Assembly (NCBI RefSeq): GCF_004010195.1
Contig: NC_057750.1
Span: 10,923,081-10,987,080, forward strand
Length of the DNA: 64,000 nt
Direction of reading: 5' to 3'
Source: Chiloscyllium plagiosum
Taxonomy: Eukaryota
The position numbers were made by a program, and so were the translations under genes. A model generated the notes under the pieces. The model searched no databases, had not been told where the DNA came from, and saw only the letters and a list, made by a program, of their open reading frames with translations. Of the stretch, positions 1 through 12,990 are shown one piece after another (position 1 is the first letter of the stretch; the number at the start of each line of letters is the position of its first letter).

Positions 1-368
1 TGGCTGTTTGTGCTACATTTCCCTGAGAATCCATCACCCCCTACATTTTCCAAAACAGCATACCTGTTTGAAATGCGTATATCCACAAAAGACTCCTGCA
101 CTAGCTGCCTACCTCTCTTACCCTTCCTGGAGTTAACCCATCTATGTGACTGTATCTGAGACTTTCCCCCCTTTCTATAACTGCCATTCATCACATCCTG
201 TTGCTGTTGCAAATTCCTCATCGCTTCTAACTGTCTCTCCAACTGATCCACTTGATCTGATAAGATTCGCATCCAACAGCATTTATGGCAGATATAATCC
301 GCAGTAACCCTTGAACTCTCTTTAAACTCCCACATCTGACAAGAAGTACATATCACTGTAAAGGCCAT
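1..368 (-). CDS. CR1 LINE ORF1 N-terminus (partial; runs off window edge)
   Basis: 122 open codons from ATG 368 to base 1. Not in the ORF track, probably because it has no stop inside the window. Confidence 0.7.
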   Translation of the reverse strand, partial: MAFTVICTSCQMWEFKESSRVTADYICHKCCWMRILSDQVDQLERQLEAMRNLQQQQDVMNGSYRKGGKSQIQSHRWVNSRKGKRGRQLVQESFVDIRISNRYAVLENVGGDGFSGKCSTNS

Positions 369-941
369 TTTTGTTCCTTCACAATCTACAGACCCAGAAA
401 ATAACACTGTCTTATTCCTCTACAAACACTGCCACAGTTAAATTAATAGCTATGGCTTATATTTTAAGTTTAATCAAGAGCCTTATCTCCAAAAACATAT
501 AATCAAGAAAGAATCCACTGTACCCACTACTGCAGCCCTTCTCTTGGACAGACTTAAAACAACAAGTAACTTATCTGATTCTGTGCTGTGAACTTTGCCC
601 AACAGTTCCTCCAGTGAATTTCACTGTTTGTTAATTTTCCCAGTTGCACTCCGATGTCCAGCAATACATGAATTCAAACAGCAAAGGAAGTAACTGTGCA
701 GGTTTTCTCTCTCTCTCTCTCCTGCACTGTCTTCACCATGTGCTTCCTTTGTCTGCTCTTCTCCCTTTTAAACCGCTGTTGTTTTGACTTTTTTTCCCCA
801 AAGTTCCAAAACAATGCAACAGCATATAAAACAGCATATATGCTGCTCCTGGAATTCGAGGAAATCACCTCCAGCACCTAAAATACCTCAAAAAAAGGAG
901 CAGCTGTTACAGTCAGAAATTTTCCCCGTCCTCCATCTTGG
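1..941 (-). mobile_element. 5' end of a CR1-clade LINE: 5' UTR (~369-941) plus start of ORF1
   Basis: Minus-strand ATG at 368 opens a frame with no stop to the window edge: MAFTVICTSCQMWEF...YICHKC...LSDQVDQLERQLEAMRNLQ...RWVNSRKGKR...DIRISNRYAVLE. This is a CxxC..CxxC zinc finger, a coiled coil and the 'ISNRY' motif typical of vertebrate CR1 ORF1. The 5' boundary near 941 is approximate. Confidence 0.75.
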
Positions 942-1099
942 AACTGTTGTGGAAAAATGTGTTGTTAATTCCGCATTAACATCGTATCATCAGTCAGGGA
1001 ATGGTGAAAATCATCTCACTGCTGAATTGTTCACATTGTTTGTCAAAATTGCCCTGGGGGTAGGTGGGGAGAAACCAAGAACTCAAAGGGAGAATGCAA

Positions 1100-1580
1100 A
1101 GAGAGACAACCAGAATTAAAATGGACAGACAGGAATTATTCTATAAAATATGGCCGCCCTTTCTGAACTATATATATACACAGATGTTTCAGCCATTTTG
1201 TCAAGGGCTTTTGTCTAGCTGTGGTAGTAGTTCTGGCAGGTCAGGGGGGCCCCGGGGGGGGGGGAGGAATCACATATAAATATGGGTTTTGTCATGACTT
1301 GATGTTAATCCATTTTGAGTATATACTTAACTATTTAATTATTACATTATTTCTTCCTAGAAATGTAAGATATGTTATTTTATGCTTTGGTTGTTTGTAG
1401 GAAAGATTAGTAGTTAGCTGAGGTTTTTTTCTCTTTTTTCTTTTGTTGTATTTTCATTATTATTTATTTCTTTTTTATATATTTAATTGTATATTAGTGT
1501 TTATACTTGTTTGTATTACTTTATAATTTTGTAAAAAATGTTAAAAAATTTCTTTTTTTCTTTCAATAAAAATATCTATA
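1100..1580 (+). mobile_element. L1/Tx1-like LINE 3' end fragment
   Basis: ELFYKIWPPFLNYI resembles the C-terminal motif of fish L1-clade ORF2. It is followed by a G-run, a T-rich 3' UTR and AATAAA (~1565). Confidence 0.45.
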
Positions 1581-2067
1581 ACATAAACGGACAAACAGAA
1601 AAAATTGAAAAGGAGAGAGGAAGAGAGAGAGACTCAATTGAAATGAGAGGGAGACAGAGCGCAGAGGGAGATAAAAAGTAAAATGAGCCACAGATGCCCA
1701 GCAGGTGGTGATAGTGAGCCTGCAGCGGGGGAGAGAACAAGGAAACCTTGTCATCTGATCTATGATAAATTTGTATTTCTGCCACATTCAGTTTGTGCAT
1801 GCTATTTCAGTTTGGAATGCATACATTATTTCTGCTTGGGATGCAGTACTGCACCCTGTATTTTTGTGTTTCCAGTCAAGAAAAGGCTTCAATGAACTTG
1901 ATTATGGATTTAACATCGATTTCCATGGGAACCCATGTTTTCACTTCAAGTTGTTTCGCTCAGTGTTTCTCAGCAAACTATCTGGAGCAGTTTTTGTTGA
2001 ATACAGCCAGATGTAAAAGGATGGGAGGAGGTTCGGATGGACCATAAATACTGGTATAGATCAGTTG

Positions 2068-2422
2068 CAACCACAGGGGATAAATGTGGATTTCAACAGC
2101 TTTCTCATTTCCCCTCCCCCCACATTATCCCAGTCCCAAGCCTCCAACTCGGCACCACACTCCAGACCTGTCCATCACTGCCCCCTCTGACCTATTACCT
2201 TCTCCCTCACCTTCATCCACCTATCACTTTCCCAGCTACCTCCCTCCAACCCCACCACCCTCCTATTATCTCTCACCCTGACCCACAAGCCTCATTCCTG
2301 ATGAAGGGCTTATGCCTGAAACGTCGATCCTCCTGCTCCTCGGATGCTGCCTGACCTGCTGTGCTTTTCCAGCACCACACTCTCGACTCTAATCTCCAGC
2401 GTCTGCAGTCCTCACTTTCTAC
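2068..2422 (+). mobile_element. Penelope-like element 3' end / pseudo-LTR (family A) carrying a hammerhead motif
   Basis: ORF tail LQPQGINVDFNSF, C-rich tract, then CTGATGA-A-GGGC-TTAT-GCCT-GAAACGTC (2298-2325) and the shared tail GATGCTGCCTGACCTGCTGTGCTTTTCCAGC. Flanked by a CAGTTG duplication (2062-2067 / 2423-2428). Confidence 0.7.
2294..2329 (+). ncRNA. Minimal type-I hammerhead ribozyme motif (family A)
   Basis: CUGAUGA (2298-2304), stem II GGGC/GCCU, GAAAC-GUC (2318-2325). Stem I is weak (2 bp). Confidence 0.6.
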
Positions 2423-3359
2423 CAGTTGGGCTGAATGGCCATTTTCTTTGCTCTACGTTACATGTAATTCATCTAACATTCTTCTGTCCACTTGCAAATA
2501 CTTCTATAGCTGTCCTCAGACTTTATTGCCCCTTAATGTGGTATTGTGTGTTAATTTAAACAGTTTACATTTGCAAACTCACATCATTTATGTACATCAG
2601 AAACAGCAGGAATCTGAGCAGCACTCCCTGAGCCATGACATTCCATCTAATTCCCTCATTTGACATTATTCTTCTAAACAGCGCACGCTAGTTTCCTGTT
2701 TTAGCCAATTCCTTACCCACTTCCCAACTCGATCAAGAATACTCAATATCTTAAGCTGAAGTAACAGCCTTTCATGTGGAACTTTACAAAAGACGATCTG
2801 TCAATGCAAGTATTTAAGTGGACATTTAATTGTTCTTGGGAAAGCAAAATTACCCAAATCGAAATAAACAGAGATGAAAGATGCAGTAACCCTTTAGTCC
2901 AGGCTTCTTTCCAATAGCCAGGGAACCAATGTGAATTATTTATATTCTTCTTGGTGGACTAATCCAGCGTCTGAAGCACCCTGGCCAAACTGACAGGATT
3001 TGTTATTTTGGAGATGCTCAGCAAGTTCTGAGAGTTGCAAGCTGCAAGTCACCAGGAAGGGCCAGATGCTCAGCTTTGAATAATCACCTGTGGTGCACAT
3101 TACATCTTTTGAAACATCTCTCCTCAAGCTTTGCAATTCACTCCTCATTCACTCTTCTGCTGAGGAGCAGAGGGTGATGCTTCAGATTTCAATCCTGCTC
3201 CAAGGCACCAGGTAATGCCAGAGTGAAACTGATCCTAACACATGGCCTCTATCCAGTCTCTCATAGAAATGACACCCTCCCCACTCCTTCATTTCTGCAG
3301 CAGGATCTCCTCCACAACTGATTAGCACATCTCAATGAGGGCCACCACTAGGAAATATC

Positions 3360-5520
3360 CCTTTAGTCCTAGAACTATATCTACATCTGTCTTGAAAGCC
3401 TTCAATGTTTTGACCTCAATAGTTTCTTGTGGCAGAGAATTCCACAGGCTCACCACTCATTGGGTGAAGATATTCTTCCTCATTTCAGTCCTAAATGACC
3501 CATCCTTAATGCTTAGACTACAACTCTTGGTTCTGGACTCCTCGATCATTGAAAACTTCCTTTCTACATTTACACCGTCTAATCCCTTTAGAATTCTATA
3601 GATTTCTATAAGATTGCCACCCATTTTTCTAAACGCCAATGAATATAGTCCTAACCAATCAAGTCTCTCCTTATATATCAGTCCTACCATCCCAGGAATC
3701 AGTATGGAAAACCTCCTTTGCACTCCCTCCATAGCCAGAACATCCTTCCTCAGACAAGGAGACCAAAACTGTGCAACATTCTCCAGGTGTGGTCTGACCA
3801 TGGTACTGTACAGTTGCAGCAACACATCCTAGCTTGTGTACTCGAATCTTCACACTATGAAAGCCAATATCATTTACCTTCTTCACCATCTGCTTTACAT
3901 GCAGTGCTTACTTTCAGGGACTGGTGTACAAGGACACCAAGGTCTTTTTTCACATCCTGTTTCCCAACCTACCCCCACTTAGATAATAATCTGCCTTCCT
4001 GTTTACATTTATCCACATTATACTGCAACTGCCATGCATTTGGCCATTTCCTTGTACAAACCACACTGAAGCTTCACTGCATCCTCCTCACAGCATACCC
4101 TGCCATTCAGATTTGTGTCATCTGCAAATTTGGAGATGTGTTTCCCCATCTAAATCATATTATTAAGCTGGAAAGGGTTCAACAGAGATTTACCAGGATG
4201 TCGTTGGATATGGAAGGTTTGAGTTATAAAGATAGGCTGGGACTTTCTTCACTGGAGCATAGGAGGTTGAGAGGTGACCTTATAGAACTTTGTAAAATAA
4301 TGAGGGTTATAGATAGAGTTAATAGTAGTTGTCATTTCCCTAGGGTGGGGGTTTTCAAGTCTAGGGGGCATATTTGTAAGATGAGAGGATAGAAACTTTA
4401 AAAAGACAATTTTTTTACAGAGGGTGGTTTGCATGTGGAATGAACTTCCTGAGGAAATGGTGGATGTGGGAAAAATTACAATGTTTAAAAGACATTTGGT
4501 TAAGTACTTGAATAGGAAAGGTTAGGTGAGATATGGGTCAGGAGTAGGCAGGTGGGCCTAGTTTAGTTTGGGATAGAGTTCGGCCTGGACTGCTTGTACT
4601 GAAGGGTCTGTTTCTGTGCTGTATGACTCTATAATAGCTGGAGTCCAAGCTCTGATCCCTGTGATACACCACTGGTCACTGGATGCCACTCAGAAAAAAA
4701 TCCTTTTCTTTATTTCCTGTCTGCCGACCAGTTCTCAATCCATTTCTGTGTGCAATCTCCAATCCCATACACTTTAATCTTACATGCTGATCTCTTATGT
4801 AGGATATTATTGAAAGCCTTCTGAAAATCAAAGTAAACCACATCCACTGGCTCTTCCTTATCCACTCTACTAGTTACATCCTCAAAACATTCCAAGTATA
4901 CTTGTCAAGCATGACTTCTCATTTGTAAGTTATTGCTGACTGTATCTGATCCTGTCACTGTTTTCCAAATGCTATGCTATGCTATTACATCTTTTTATAA
5001 TGAAGTCTGGCATTTTCCCTACTACCAATGTCAATTTAACCAGTCCACAATTCACTGATTTCTTTCTGTCTCCTTCCTTAAATAGTGGGGTTACATTAGC
5101 TCCCCTACAATCTTTAGGAACTGTTCTAGAGTCTGTAGAATTCTGGAAAATTACCATTAGCCCACCTGTCTTTTCTAGGGCCACTTCCTCAAGTGCTGTG
5201 GGATGAAGGTTATCAGGCCATAAGGATTTATTTGCTTTTAATCTCATTAGTTTCCCCCAAATCATTTCGCTACTAATTTATTTCAATTCCTCCTTCCCAC
5301 TACACCCCGAGATCTCCCATATTTTTTGGGATGTTATTTGTCTCTTCCTTTGTGAAGAACAAAACTAAAGTATGTATTTAGTTTGTCTGTCATCTCTTTG
5401 TGCCCAATTATAAGTTCCCCTGTTTCTGACTGCAGGGGACCTGTAATCGTTTTTACAGAGCTTTTTCTCTTCATGTATCAACAGAAGCTTTTGCCCTCGA
5501 TCTGTATGTTTCCTGCATGC
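3360..5520 (-). mobile_element. Degenerate CR1 LINE ORF2 (RT) fragment, with a nested + strand CR1 3' fragment at ~4158-4632
   Basis: ORFs LYSTMVRPHLENVAQFWSP, VDVVYFDFQKAF and KSLWPDNLHP are CR1 RT/C-terminal motifs. The nested copy has KLERVQQRFTRM...RRLRGDLIE and a ctgtatgactctat tail. Confidence 0.85.
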
Positions 5521-5829
5521 TCACCTAGTCACACAACAAGGGAAAGCCATTCTGTTACAAAATTCCATTAGATCATTTCTGATCGTTGCCTTAAGTCCAT
5601 CTAACTGTCTTGGCTCCATATCCCTTAATACATTTATACAACAAAAAGTTATCAATCTCAGTTTTGAAAGTTTTGACCCAAGCCTGAACAGATTTTGAGG
5701 CAACAATGATGAGCGGTAATGTCACTGGAATTCAGGTGTTTATTTTTGAAGCTGCAATAGTGCAGAGGTTGTATTTTTCGATATGAAAGCCCAGAATCAA
5801 ATCCATCCCAATCCAGTGAGTATTGTATT

Positions 5830-6735
5830 TTGGTAAAACAAACAAGGGCAGGACTTATACAGTTAAAAGTAGGGCCTTGGGTAGTGTTAAACCTAATGAT
5901 GGAGCAGCGCTTCGAAAGCTTGTGATTTCAAATAAACCTGTTGGACTATAACCTGGTGTTGCATGATGTCTGACTTTGTCCACCCTAGTCCAACACCGAT
6001 ACCTCCACATCACAATAAAAAGTAGGACCTTGGGTAGTATTGTAGAATAAACAGAAACTTTGGGGTTCAGGTACACAATTCTTTGAAGTTTGCATCACAT
6101 ATAGATAGGATGGTTAAGAAGGCCTTCAGCAGACTTGCCTTCATTGCTCAGACCTTTTGAGTGTAGGAGTTAAGAAGTTATGTTAAGGTTATACAGGACA
6201 TTGATGAGGCCTCTTCTGAAGTACTGTGTCCAGTTCTGGTTGCCCTGTTATAGGAAGGATATTATTAAGCTGAAAAGGATTCAGAAGAGATTTACCAGGA
6301 TGTTGCTGGGAATGGAGGGTTTGAATTATAAGGAGAGGCTGGATAGGCTAGGAGTGTAGGAGGTTGAGGGGTGATCTTATTGAGGTTTATGAAATAATGA
6401 CAGCTATAGATAATGTGAATGGCAGGTGTCGTTTCCTTAGCATTGGGGATTTCAAGACTGGTGACATATTTGTAAGGTGAAAGGAGAAAGATTTAAAAAT
6501 ATGTGAGGAGCAGTTTGTTTACACAGAGTTTGTGTGCGGAATGAACTTCTAAGGGAAGTGGTGAATGCAGGTACAGTTACAACATTTAAAATATTTTTAG
6601 ATAAGTACATGAATAAGAAATGTTTGGAGGAATATGGACCCAGTACAGGCAGGTGGGATTAGATTAGTTTGGGATTGTGTTCGGCATGGACTGGTTGAAC
6701 CGAAGGGTCTGTGTCTGTGCTATCTGACTCTATGA
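5830..6735 (+). mobile_element. CR1 LINE 3' fragment, interrupted by a short Penelope-type insert (~5889-6015)
   Basis: CR1 3' motifs and tail gactctatgac. The insert is flanked by an imperfect ~25-bp duplication, taaaagtagggccttgggtagtgtt / taaaaagtaggaccttgggtagtatt. Confidence 0.8.
5889..6015 (+). mobile_element. Short Penelope pseudo-LTR (family B) with a mutated hammerhead motif
   Basis: CTAATGA-T-GGAGC-AGC-GCTTC-GAAAGCTT-GTG (5893-5924), followed by AATAAACCTGTTGGACTATAACC as at 31940. Confidence 0.65.
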
Positions 6736-7559
6736 CTTTACCGAGTGACACACAAATAAAGAGAAGGCCATTTAGCCTCTTCAGCCAAGTCTGGCTAATG
6801 CTCTGGGAACGTGTGTTCAAGGAGAAAATGTAATCAATAATCTGGGATATAAATTAATCTCAAAGTAATGGTGATCATGACAAATATTATTGATTATCAA
6901 AAAAAATTGGTTGCAGTATACTTGAAGGAGGGAAATCTGCTGACCTTCCCATAGGCGAACACGTCACTCCAGTCCCACAGCACTGTAGTTGACTCCCTCC
7001 GGAATGGCCTTTGTGAGCCACTCTGCTCAAGGGTGTTGAAGGAAGGGCAACGAATGCTGGCCTTGACAGTGATGCCACATCTACTGCAACACTGAGAGGC
7101 GGATAGGAATGTCAATAACGAGATTCCGAGAGGTCTGGTAGAATAAAGAAATCTACAGACAGAGGGACATTATTTATACCGCAGAAGTGGAACGTTGGAT
7201 GCATGTAAAGCTATTAACATCTGCTTCAGGGGGGTAATTGAAGTGTTCTGCAATTCCTGGCAGGTATGTTTTTTTGAATGCAGTAATGAGGCTCTAAGAA
7301 ATCCTTAATTGCCTACAATCAGTGCTATTCACAGCTTTCATCCTGCAAGTGCTAGCAATTGAAGCTGAAGCCCCCATGGGCTAAGAGGAAATGTGTATTA
7401 CAGCAAATTACAAAATGCCGTGGAACTCAAATCATCCCTGTGGGTGGGAGGAAGAGACGCTTGGAATAATGTACTTTGTAATTTAGTGACAAGAAAGAGA
7501 TTAGAGTCAGAATATAGGCAGATATTTGATCGGGACAGTTAGGGAGATGTGCTTCAATA

Positions 7560-7692
7560 AAAGTAAAGTTCTGCAAATGCCCGAGATCTGAAATAAAAAC
7601 AGAAATTGCTGGAGAAACTCACCAGGTCTGGCAGCATCTGTAGAGAGAGAAACAGAATTAACCATTTGGGTCCAGTCTGATTTCTACAGAAC
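7560..7692 (-). mobile_element. Degenerate Penelope pseudo-LTR (family C)
   Basis: Reverse complement of the ctctccacagatgctgccagacctgctgag tail seen at 21030-21070 and 12170-12250. Hammerhead core decayed. Confidence 0.55.
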
Positions 7693-9115
7693 AGGAGTAC
7701 TCCAGACTATTAAAATATGGAGATGTGTTTCACCAGTACCTAGGAACAGGAGGAGGCCATTCACCCTTGAACTTGTTCTCCCATTCAATAAAGATATACT
7801 ATAGTTACTCTGTATCTTAACTCCATCCACCCACCTAAGTTCAGTACTCCTCAATACCCTCACTGAATAAAAATCAATCAATCTGAGGTTTGAAATTTTC
7901 AGTTAATCAGCAATGTCTGGAGAATTTTTTTGATTTTGATTTGATTTATTATTGTCACATGTACCCTGGTACAGTGCAAAGTTTTGTTTTGTGTGCAATA
8001 CAGGGGCAGATCATACCATACAACGATTATAGAGTGATAGAACAAAGCAAGGCACACAATGCAATAGCTGCAAAGAAAGTGCATAAAAGACGAGATCAAC
8101 ATTAGATCTGAATTCTGAGAGGTCCATTCAGAAGTCTAATAACAGCGGGGAAGAAGCTGTTCTTAAACCTGTTGGTACGTCTGTTTAAGATTTTGCATCT
8201 TCTGCTTGATGGAAGAGGTTATAACCGGGTTGGGCGGGGTCTTTGGTGATGTTGGCTGCCTTTCCGAGGCAGCGAGAAGTGTAGATAGGGACAATGGATG
8301 GAAAGTCTCCTCCCCTTTGGTGGGGGATGAGTTCAGAGATTTCCAGTCTCCGTTGTGCTTCCTGATATCAGCTCTCAACAGCCTGCCTTGAAATTTAACA
8401 TAAAGCACCCCCTCTACTCTCTTGCTCTGGAGTGCCCCTCCCCAACCTGACAAGGTAGCTTCTCACTGTCTCCCACAACCTTCACTCATGTAGAGCGCTT
8501 CAATTTGACCTTCAATCCTCAATAGCCATGGGAATACAAATCTGGTATGTCCAATGGAAGCCTTACTGGGACTTTTAAAGGCACTTTATAATTGAAGAAA
8601 GTTGTTGTTTAAGTCAAGTGACTTAATTATGAACCTATGCCAGCTCAGTTAGATGGGGGGATAGCAGACAGGAAACTGTTGTCATGGATCTAAGTGGTTC
8701 TTAGCACCACTCACTATGATGATATTATATGAACTTGTGAGCAGAACAGCTAAGGTTCTTGAAGAAGGGAAATCCAACATCCAGAACCTCCTCAAAGTAT
8801 CCATAACTGTGTCTATCCTATCTATGTAGCTTATAATTTGCTGATGTGAAATAAACTACATCTTGACAATGACAAGAGTTAGACAAGGAAGTGGTTTTCC
8901 TATCCCACATGAAACCAGGCAGTTCCCGACACTTAATGGGAATGGAGGCTGCAATCTCCACCATGAGCAGCAGCTCACACAGCACCATGATTTGACATGG
9001 CCGGACAACAGACTATCAAGTCAGCCACTATCTTATTGAATAGCAGAGCAGACTCAAGGGCTGAATGGCCTCCACCTGCTCCTTGGTCCTGTGTTCCCAT
9101 CAACTCTCCATTGAA

Positions 9116-9263
9116 GAGGAGAAAGTGAGGACTGCAGATGCTGGAGATCAGAGCTGAAAATGTATTGCTGGAAAAACGCTGAAGAAGGGTTTATGCCCGA
9201 AACATCGATTCTCCCGCTCCTTGGATGCTGCCTGACCTGCTGTGTTTTTCCAGCAACACATTT
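9116..9263. mobile_element. Fold-back Penelope-derived insert (family A) with hammerhead motif and 16-bp TSD
   Basis: An inverted tail copy is followed by CTGAAGA-A-GGGT-TTAT-GCCC-GAAACATC (9179-9206). TCAACTCTCCATTGAA is duplicated at 9100-9115 and 9264-9279. Confidence 0.75.
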
Positions 9264-12200
9264 TCAACTCTCCATTGAAACCTCATTGAATCCAAACTCC
9301 ATATTATTAGAGAGTTAGAAGCCATGCAAGTTTTCTGTACATTTTTAATTGACCTGTTGAGATACATCATGACACTCTCGGGTAGGAGGACCTTTTGTCT
9401 TAAACCAATATTGTGAAAGGAGTGTTCAAGTCATCAGATGAAGGAGACCTATTGAGGATTTTTGCTTTACAAATGGGCTAAATCAGTCATGATAAAAAAA
9501 AACAGCATTAATTACCAAAAAGATTCTGTTATGATTTCCTGAGGCTGAGAGAATGCTCCTCAAACTGGGCCTTGAGCCACTTGTCTCATTACATCCGTGC
9601 TGCTATTTGCTCCCATTTTGATTCACATACATACTCCATACAGGGCTAACGGGCAGCTCATATCGCACGCCTGATGGTGGGGTGGAACAAAAATGAGAGG
9701 CTAGAAAGAGAGGGTGAAAACTAACTGGAGAATGAAGGAGGGAGTAAGAAAGTGAGAAAAATGCAGAATGAAGACAAATGAATTAAACTGAAGAGACTTG
9801 CAGCAGGAGGGAGGGAGCAAGGAAGAGTCATAGAGACATAGAGATGTAGAGCATGGAAATAGACCCTTCGGTCCAACTCATCAATGCTGACCTGATATTC
9901 TCGTGATGGAGAATATGAGATTAAGAGAGAATGTGGGATTTGTGTTGATAGACAATTTTTTTATCATCAGTGTAATCTCGATGGGCCGAATGGTTTATTC
10001 TGTACTATATGCTTCAGTTTATCTAAAGATAAAGGGGTGAGGACTCAGTAGAAAGGTGGAAGCGGGAAGCAGTAGTGAGATATAGAGGGGAAAAGAGGAA
10101 TGGGAAGAGAGATCAAAGAGGTATGAGAAGATAAAGGATGGATGGAGGGAGGCTTGGCTGTTGTGAGTCAGCGTCCCTGGAACATTTTCCATGTCTAGGG
10201 TCACACGAGGCAGACAAAATGCTTAGAGCTGCTTTTCATGGCTTATTTTTCCTGTAGGGGGCTATGAAATTGAAAACAGGATCTGTATGAGAGGATCCAG
10301 ACCACATCATGTATAACTAAAACAGGAATCTCTTGCTCTCTTACTGCCTACCATTCGCAAGTGATGGAAGGGTTGGCGCGTCAATCCACACAGATCTGAC
10401 CATGTTATAAAAACACCTTGCTTGACCATCAAGGCCTGGAGGGTCTGACTCAGAGGCAGGGATGACACCCTTCGTCCTTGGAACTGCACCCAGTAACGTC
10501 ATCCCCCCCCCCCCCCAGCCCCACTTCCCCAGGGGAGGGGTTGAGGTTGCAGTTATGGAACCTGAGCTTGGGTTAGCATCTCAACCTTGCAAGCAGTGAT
10601 CAAAGCTGGCAGAAACTTGCAGGACTTTGCTCCAGTTCTGAACCTGCAGCCAGTGCCCATCCCCAGTACTTAGTGCAGAAATACAGCTGAGCACTGGTTC
10701 CAGGGAGCAATCCTTGGCACCCCAAGCTCGCGTGTAGGAGTAGTGCAATTTGCCACAGAAGTGGCCACAGAAAGGGAACAGCCCCGTTTTGTTGGCACAT
10801 CCCCTGACAGGAGCAGGGTGGGCACTAGGACCAAGGAGAAGCCCTGCAGTTAGTGGCAAGTCTAGGATTAATTGGAGAGGTAGTTTGACAAGACTGCTCT
10901 TGATGATTGTCTGGATTCAGAGGTCTTTATTTCAGAAAACTTTCAATAGATAAACCCTGTTGCTGCTCACCTGGGTGCCAGAAAGCTCATTCTTGATGGG
11001 GGTTTGTTTAAAGAAACGGAAATCCTAATAGCGAAGCTCATTGCCACATCTCTCCCAGCGTCTCCTGGTAAGTCGTTCAGTTATCTCTGTGTTCCTACAT
11101 CCCCTTCATTCCTAACCAAATAGCCAGCCAACCGATACCCCCTCCGGTCTAACCCCTACTCTCCAACACTTGGTCCATATCCCTGTGGGTTACAGCACTC
11201 CACAACCACATCCAAGCAATTTCATTTAATGTGCTGAGGGTCTCTGCTCCCATATCGCTCTCTCCCTCTGTGGGAACAATGCCCCCTTAAATCCACTCTC
11301 CTGCGTCTTATTCTCAGTCTGTGGGGAGAAATTCCGCAGCCAAATTGGTGAAAACAAGTTCAACTTGCAGCATCTAAAAACCCAGGCAAAAAAATGCTGC
11401 AAGTGCCTGTGTGAGGAGTGAGGGTCAGAAAAGCTACGCACACAATTAGTTTGCATGACTCCCACATTCTCTGTCCGTCTTGTTTGGACCCTTTCTCTCG
11501 ATACCATCCTCACTTTAATCTCTCTCTTGCAGTTCTCGTTCCCTACGCCCCCCTCTCCCGCTATCCCGTTCTGCTTGTCCACCTCTTCCTTCTCATTTCA
11601 ACACCAATCCGTGTTGGTGTAGCTTAAATGCGCCCCAAGGTGTTTCACGGAAGCTGCCATGAAACAAATTTTGCAAACTACCTAAGGAGATTTTAGGTCA
11701 AGTGGTTAAAGAGATAGATTTTAAAGAAAATATTAAAAGAGGAAAAGGAGGCAGAGAGACAAAGCGGGGTGGGGGGTGGGGGGGTGTTTTACGTATGTAT
11801 GTATCCATATTAGATTAGATTTCCTACAGTGTGAAAACAAGCCCTTCGGACCAACAAGTCAACACCGACCCTCCGAACAGTAACCCACCCGCCTCTGACT
11901 AATGCACCTAACAACTATGGACAGAGATGCTGTCTTTGACTGTATATCTATTTGTGCGATTATGTCTATATATCCTCATCAGATCCGGCTGGATTTGGGT
12001 TTTAAAGGACATCTGGTTAGATAAGAAAAAAACTCGATCTCCTCAGGGTTGGAGTGCCTTCCTCCTCAATTGTAGCTCTATTCTTTTCACCCATGGTAAT
12101 GCCCACCCCAGAGCTCTGTGGTATAAAGGAATGTCCCAGTTCTGATAAAGAATCACTGGACTCTGTTTTCTCCCAACTGATGCTGCCAGGTCTGCTGAGT

Positions 12201-12279
12201 TTCTCTAGCAATTTCTGCATTTCTTTTCAGATCTCCAGCATCCAGAGTTCTTTGTTTTATATTTATCTGTTTAGCTTGT

Positions 12280-12990
12280 CTGTCAGTGTGTGTTTTTGCA
12301 TCTCTGATTTTACATGTGTGTCTGCCTGAATCTGAATCTGTGTGTATCTCTGTGTACATGTGAAAATGTGTGGCTGTGAGGATGTGTGTCCGTGTCTCAC
12401 TGTGTCTGTCTGTGTGAAACTGTCTTTGTGTATATCTCTGTACACATGTGAAAGTGTGTGCAGGTGTGTGGGTATGGATTTGTCTGTGTAGAGGGATTAT
12501 ACGTCTGTGTGTATCTATCTCTGTGTGTTTGCCAATGTGACTGTCTCTGTGCAAATCTCTGCGTACACGTCTCTGTGTATGTGTTGGGTGTGGGAGTTAT
12601 GTATCTGTGTCTTTCTATGTCTCTGTGTGGATGAATGTGCATGTGGGAGAGGTTGTGTGTCTCCCTACACCTGTCTGTATGTCAGGTAGTGTAGGTATGA
12701 GAGTGTGTCTATGTGACTGTCTATGCGTATGTGTCTCTGTGAATCACTATATACATGTCTCTGTCTTTATCTTGGGGAGTATGGGCAGGGAGTTATGTGT
12801 CTGTATTGGGGTGAGTTTTGTCTCTACATCTGTGTATGTGTGGGTGTGTTCGCCTGTGTGTTGAAGTTTGTATGGGTTTGTCTGTGTCTCACTCTGTGTT
12901 GGGGAATGTTGGGTGTGGATGTGTAAATGTAGGAAGGTGTTGATTGTTTTCCTGTCTCTATAAGTACATCTATCTGCTGTTGTGTGGGAG
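12280..12990. repeat. Degenerate TG/TGTC-rich low-complexity tract
   Basis: Visible (TG)n/(TGTC)n composition. It generates spurious His/Thr- and Cys/Val-rich ORFs. Confidence 0.85.

Noticed and set aside
2936-3215. Possible exon, or the B9D2 gene expected from human synteny
   Set aside because: No recognisable protein motif in any frame, and no B9-domain sequence was found in the window.
3718-4392. 224-aa ORF
   Set aside because: Chance chimera of an antisense CR1 fragment and a nested sense CR1 fragment.
11766-11784. G-run able to form a G-quadruplex (also ~1243-1264 and 36746-36758)
   Set aside because: Simple homopolymer tracts with no supporting context; lengths are also error-prone.
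12153-12926. His/Thr-rich and Cys/Val-rich ORFs
   Set aside because: Artefacts of the degenerate TG microsatellite.
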